A DNA stretch of 52,548 nucleotides, filler included, from Basidiobolus ranarum (lineage: Eukaryota): NCBI GenBank assembly GCA_040143965.1. It is 3 parts of 3 records of this genome, joined end to end, with 100 filler letters (N's around TTAATTAATTAA, not from the genome) between each part and the next. Parts side by side here need not be neighbours in the genome. Positions count along the whole stretch, not along the records: positions 35,151 to 52,548 come from JASJQH010007181.1; 2 more parts are not named here. One strand, given 5' to 3'. Every line of letters begins with the position of its first letter. Positions within the stretch are counted from its first letter, which is position 1. A program made the position numbers and the translations under genes. Below are positions 48,304 to 52,548 of the stretch, in pieces. The notes beneath the pieces were generated by a model. It made no database searches. It saw only the letters and a list, made by a program, of their open reading frames with translations, and was not told the DNA's origin.

Positions 48304-51109
48304 TTACTTGAGCCATTTCACATAACCCTTCAACAATACTCGCTCACCATTACCTAAGTTACTATCTTTTTCTAAGCTGAACAGCGCATCACGGACAGTC
48401 ACCTTCCGAGTGTTGGTTTGTGATCCAGCTGCGGTAGGATGACTCACAGTAGAAGGGGGTAATGTAAAACGTGCCTTTGAACCTGATGTTGAAGTGGAGC
48501 CATGTGAGCGTCCTCCTGATTTCATCGAAGTTTTGAACGAAGGTGTCTTCATTTTTTGTGTCGAAGTAGAACGCATTGTGCTGGAGTTACTTGAGGGTGT
48601 ATTGATGTTTGAGGTCCCTACACTAGAACTGACGGGTTTACCCGGCGTTGTATTGTTGGAAACTGGCTTGATTGAACTAGAAGATGATGTAATGGCGGAT
48701 TTGGACGAGTTACCGCCTGGTTGTGCGAGCATCCAACTTTTCCTTACACCACCCGCAATTAGTAACGCTGTTGTATTTGCATCATTCATGTTTCGAGCCG
48801 CGCCTGGAGGATCCAAACCATCTTTACGGCGTACCTTCTTCGCCTTCTGTGTTTCCCCTGGCTCCTCTTTATTCTCTCCCTTTGCATCTTCCTCAGCCAA
48901 TCGTTTCTCACGCTCAGCTACTAATCGTTTGCGCTTGCACTCTTCCTCTCGGTTCACCCGCTCCAATGAAAGAAGTTGTTTTTTGACATCCTCTGATACA
49001 ACAATCTTATATAAGGGATCCTCTGTATTATCCTTCATTGGGGGAGGTTCTACATGGTGAGATCTAACTCGATGTTTACTTGCCAATATCATTTGCTCCA
49101 CCAAAGATTTCAATCGATCCTGTGCAGCAAGTGCTAAATAAACCAAAAAGTCTGGATCGACATTTGGAATATGATGAGGCTTTGAAATCTTATCTACCAT
49201 CGATTTCAACACTCTTAAGCTAAGAAAATCTTGAGTTTTCGACTGATCAACCACATCCACTCCTCTATTTTTCTCCATCACTTCTGTTTGTCTCATGATG
49301 TTGTCAGATTCCTCTTTAAGATCCACCCCTACATACCCCATAACATCTGTCAAAGCATCGAAATCTACTTTGCTATCTCTAACAGGCGACGCTTGTGCCG
49401 GAGCAGAAGGCTTAGTATGTGTGGCGACACTGGTTGGTTTAACAAGTGTTTGCGGTATTCCAGGGCTCGCCCTTGAGGGGATTTGTGCCTGAGCTTGACT
49501 CAGTGTTGTGACAGGAGTTGCAACTGGAGGACGATAATTGCTTACACCAGCGGGTGAGGATGTTGAAGGCAAAGGAGCAGAAGTAATATGCACTCCAGGT
49601 GTTCCCTGGGGATGAGCTACTTTAATTTTCTTGCTAGGAAGATTAGGAGCAAGTCCAGTAGCAGAATTGGCTTGCTCAGCGAGTCTTTTTCTCAACAACG
49701 TATACGCTGATAAAGCAGGTGTATTAGGAGTGGACCTTAAATTTACAGTTGGGGGTGGTTGTGAAGGACGTGGTGATGTAGAAACTGTACTAGAACGTGC
49801 TCTAAGATTGGCAAGAAGTGGTGAATGTTGAGCACCTAACAATTCACGAGCCTTCGCAAGAAAAAGTTCAGGACTTAAAAGGTTTTCCTACATAAAAATA
49901 ATATCAAATTAGTAAAAGTTTAGAAGAATTTGTGTCGGTGAGTAAAACTGTCTGAAAATACTAACCTGCAAATTTTTAAAGATTTCTTTCAGTCTTTCTT
50001 GTTTGTCAGGTTGTAGCTGACTCAAAATAGTATCAAGCAATGTATTCCCGGAAGCTACTCACAAATGTAACTTTGAGTAAGATAATCTTAAAATGGGTTA
50101 TTTTTCCAAAACTGCTCGAAAGCAATGAATATGAATACCTACCTCGCCTTGAAGCAGCAGATCCGAGTTGGATTGATGCTGGAGGTCTTTGCTCAACATT
50201 ACCAGCAGCTCTGATAGGTGTAGGAGTGTTGGGCAAGTGGGTAAGCCGATTATTTGGTATACCAGGGCGAGATGCCAATAAGGGACTACGTGTATTAGGT
50301 GTCGCTATTCCAATTGCATTTGAAGCTCCAGCTAAATGTGCCCTCGACAACAGTTGCTCTCTTGAATTATTCAATGAAGTGGATATTGAAGAAAGGCTTG
50401 ACGATCTACTTAATAAAGGCGCGCCTGGTCTGCCAATAGCAATTTTATGTGAGGCGGAAAGGTCAGCAGGTAGGAAAGATCTTGTACTTTGTTCGGTTTT
50501 GGTTGCCTCAACGGTAGAGTTATGAACTGAAGATTTTTGGCCCTCGTTATTTGCGTTAACATTTGCCTGAACGCTCGTCTCGGGTCTAGAAGTCAAGTTC
50601 GCAGTGGTTATTGTCGGACTAGGTATACGTGAAACAGGAGCAGACGACGGTAATTGTGATAGTGACGAAGGGATAAGAGGTGAACCGTGAGCAGGTCTAC
50701 CAAGACCATTGGGTGACTTAGTATTGAGGTTTGAAGTTACAACAGGGTTAGATGAAGCTCTGGAAAAAGTAGGTGAAGCTTGGCTATTTATATCGGCGGG
50801 ATTCGAATTTAAGATCAACGGGTTGGAAGTTCCAAGGACTTTGGCAGTGATGGAATCGATTTCGTCTGCTGTTAGGTCAACAGCGTCACTGTTCACAAAA
50901 TCACCCGAGTCAGCGCCAGACAACAAATCATCAAAATCGATATTAAACGAAGTATCCGTGTCGATATCATTGTGTAGAGAACTAACTATTTTTTGTATTT
51001 CTTCGGCAGAAGCAGATATGGTGGAAGTATCATTAAGATCAGAAAATAGTTCCATAAGGTTCCCCGAGGGGTCTATGTTGCTCAAATCTATATCGTCTAA
51101 ATTTGTCAT
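48304..51109 (-). CDS. TAF4: TFIID subunit TAF4; three exons (~51109-50143, 50053-49965, 49887-48304)
   Basis: DALTDVMGYVGVDLKEE, histone fold YLALAAQDRLKSLVEQMILASKHR, ANTTALLIAG, RKVTVRDALFSLE. RST-like helical segment across exons 2-3. Confidence 0.92.
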
Positions 51110-51930
51110 ACAGCGAGTGAGCTAGTTATTTTATACTCTAAGAGAAAGAGGCTCTTGTGCAGTTGAATTCGATCCACCAAAAACAAATGTATCGAATTAA
51201 AGAAAACAGATTTCTAGAACAGTAATATGATAGACTTCAATGGCTATTTTATATATATGCCCTTTGTATCTCAACCTGGCCTATATATTACAAACCAAGT
51301 GAGCTGCGGCTTTGGAGGATTATCTCTGGTACTCAAATACTCCATATAAACCAATGCAAACTTTCATTGAAAAATTTGTCGAGAGGAAAAAAAATGCATC
51401 TAGTCATCGAAAACATTAACCTGACCTCTCCGGCCAATCACAAGGTTAGCGGTTGAAGTAGTAAGCATGCGAAGAATTTTAACTAACTTTTTAGTTTAGA
51501 CTCCTCGATAGTAATCATATCGATTAACATACCGATTAATTTATGATTAATACGGTGACCAATAACTAAAAGCATTTTTTTTAACGATGAAATTTTCAAA
51601 AAACTTTTGAGCATAGCTACGCAGAATCTATCCAATCAGAAGTCACACTATCTTCCAAGCACAAAATGGGCAGCATCGTTGAACTTGTGCTCTCTCTTCT
51701 TCCGTTCATCAAAGCCCTCGTACGCCGTTGGCTATTTTTTTTATCGGTAAGTCCAATGAAAGAATCTATTACTGCATCTATTCCATCCATCACAGGATAT
51801 GAAGTTCAGCTGCTGATTGTGAATAGAATAAAACCATAATCGCGCAGCTACTGTTCTTATTTGATATGTACCTTAATAATTTCAAGACACTTACCCATGA
51901 ATTCTGTCATTAGGAAACTAGGTAGTAGAA

Positions 51931-52548
51931 ATGGGTCGTGTTATTCGTGCTCAGAGAAAGGGTCCCGGAGGAATTTTCAAGTCTCACACTAGACTTAGAA
52001 AGGGTGCCGCCCAACTTCGTCCTTTGGACTTCGCCGAACGTAACGGTTACATCCGTGGTAGCGTCAAGGAAATCATTCACGATCCTGGACGTGGTGCTCC
52101 TCTTGCTAAGGTTCAATTCCGTGATCCTTACAGATACAAGACCCACACCCAAACCTTCATCGCCACTGAAGGTATGTACACCGGCCAATTCGTCTACTGC
52201 GGTAAGAAAGCTGCTTTGACCGTTGGTAACGTTCTCCCTCTTTCCGCCATGCCTGAGGGTACTATCATCTGCAACATCGAGGAGACCGTTGGTGATCGTG
52301 GTGCCATTGCTCGTGCTTCCGGTAACTACGCCACTATCATCTCCCACAACCATGATGATGGCAAGACCAGAGTCAAGCTTCCTTCCGGCTCCAAGAAGAT
52401 CATTCAATCTACTTGCCGTGCCACTATTGGTATCGTCGCTGGTGGTGGTCGTATTGACAAGCCCCTTCTTAAGGCTGGTCGTGCCTACCATAAATACAGA
52501 GTTAAGCGTAACTGCTGGCCTAAGACTCGTGGTGTTGCTATGAACCCC
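51931..52548 (+). CDS. RPL2: 60S ribosomal protein uL2 (yeast L2 / mammalian L8), 3' end outside the window
   Basis: [82 protein letters not shown]. Strong codon bias. Confidence 0.98.
   Translation, partial: MGRVIRAQRKGPGGIFKSHTRLRKGAAQLRPLDFAERNGYIRGSVKEIIHDPGRGAPLAKVQFRDPYRYKTHTQTFIATEGMYTGQFVYCGKKAALTVGNVLPLSAMPEGTIICNIEETVGDRGAIARASGNYATIISHNHDDGKTRVKLPSGSKKIIQSTCRATIGIVAGGGRIDKPLLKAGRAYHKYRVKRNCWPKTRGVAMNP

Noticed and set aside
48494-51125. Long plus-strand ORFs over TAF4 (e.g. 48494-49060, 50040-50525, 50709-51125)
   Set aside because: They are antisense shadows of low-complexity TAF4 coding sequence with no recognisable motifs.
51910-52543. ORFs 51910-52491 (-), 51938-52219 (+) and 52223-52543 (+)
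   Set aside because: They are antisense or off-frame shadows of the codon-biased RPL2 gene.

Overview
AT-rich, intron-containing eukaryotic DNA from a fungus. Short GT-AG introns and the gene set suggest an early-diverging lineage such as Basidiobolus/Zoopagomycota or Mucoromycota (inference only). The window is three contigs joined by 100-nt N-spacers that carry an artificial TTAATTAATTAA linker (17519-17618, 35051-35150), so gene neighbourhoods across those points cannot be trusted. Contig 1: an RTA1-like gene, about 10 kb of decayed transposon DNA with several solo or nested copies of a ~348-bp TG..CA LTR (three with 5-bp target-site duplications), a Pif1 helicase, two small GPI-type proteins (one Met-rich) and a copia gag relic. 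Contig 2: two related LRR-like genes or pseudogenes, a secreted GPI protein, a short phytochelatin synthase, an ARPC1 pseudogene, a probable Rho-GTPase relic and an Mpv17/PMP22 gene. Contig 3: a secreted 15-aa tandem-repeat peptide-precursor-like gene, a broken bacterial-type CHAP peptidoglycan hydrolase, an APSES transcription factor, an OSCA/TMEM63 channel, a secreted His/Asp-rich protein, a Gre2/DFR-like reductase, TAF4 and uL2. The best novelty candidate is the secreted QDPSMRQFGNVPFNR repeat precursor. No complete new multi-gene system can be demonstrated from the sequence alone.
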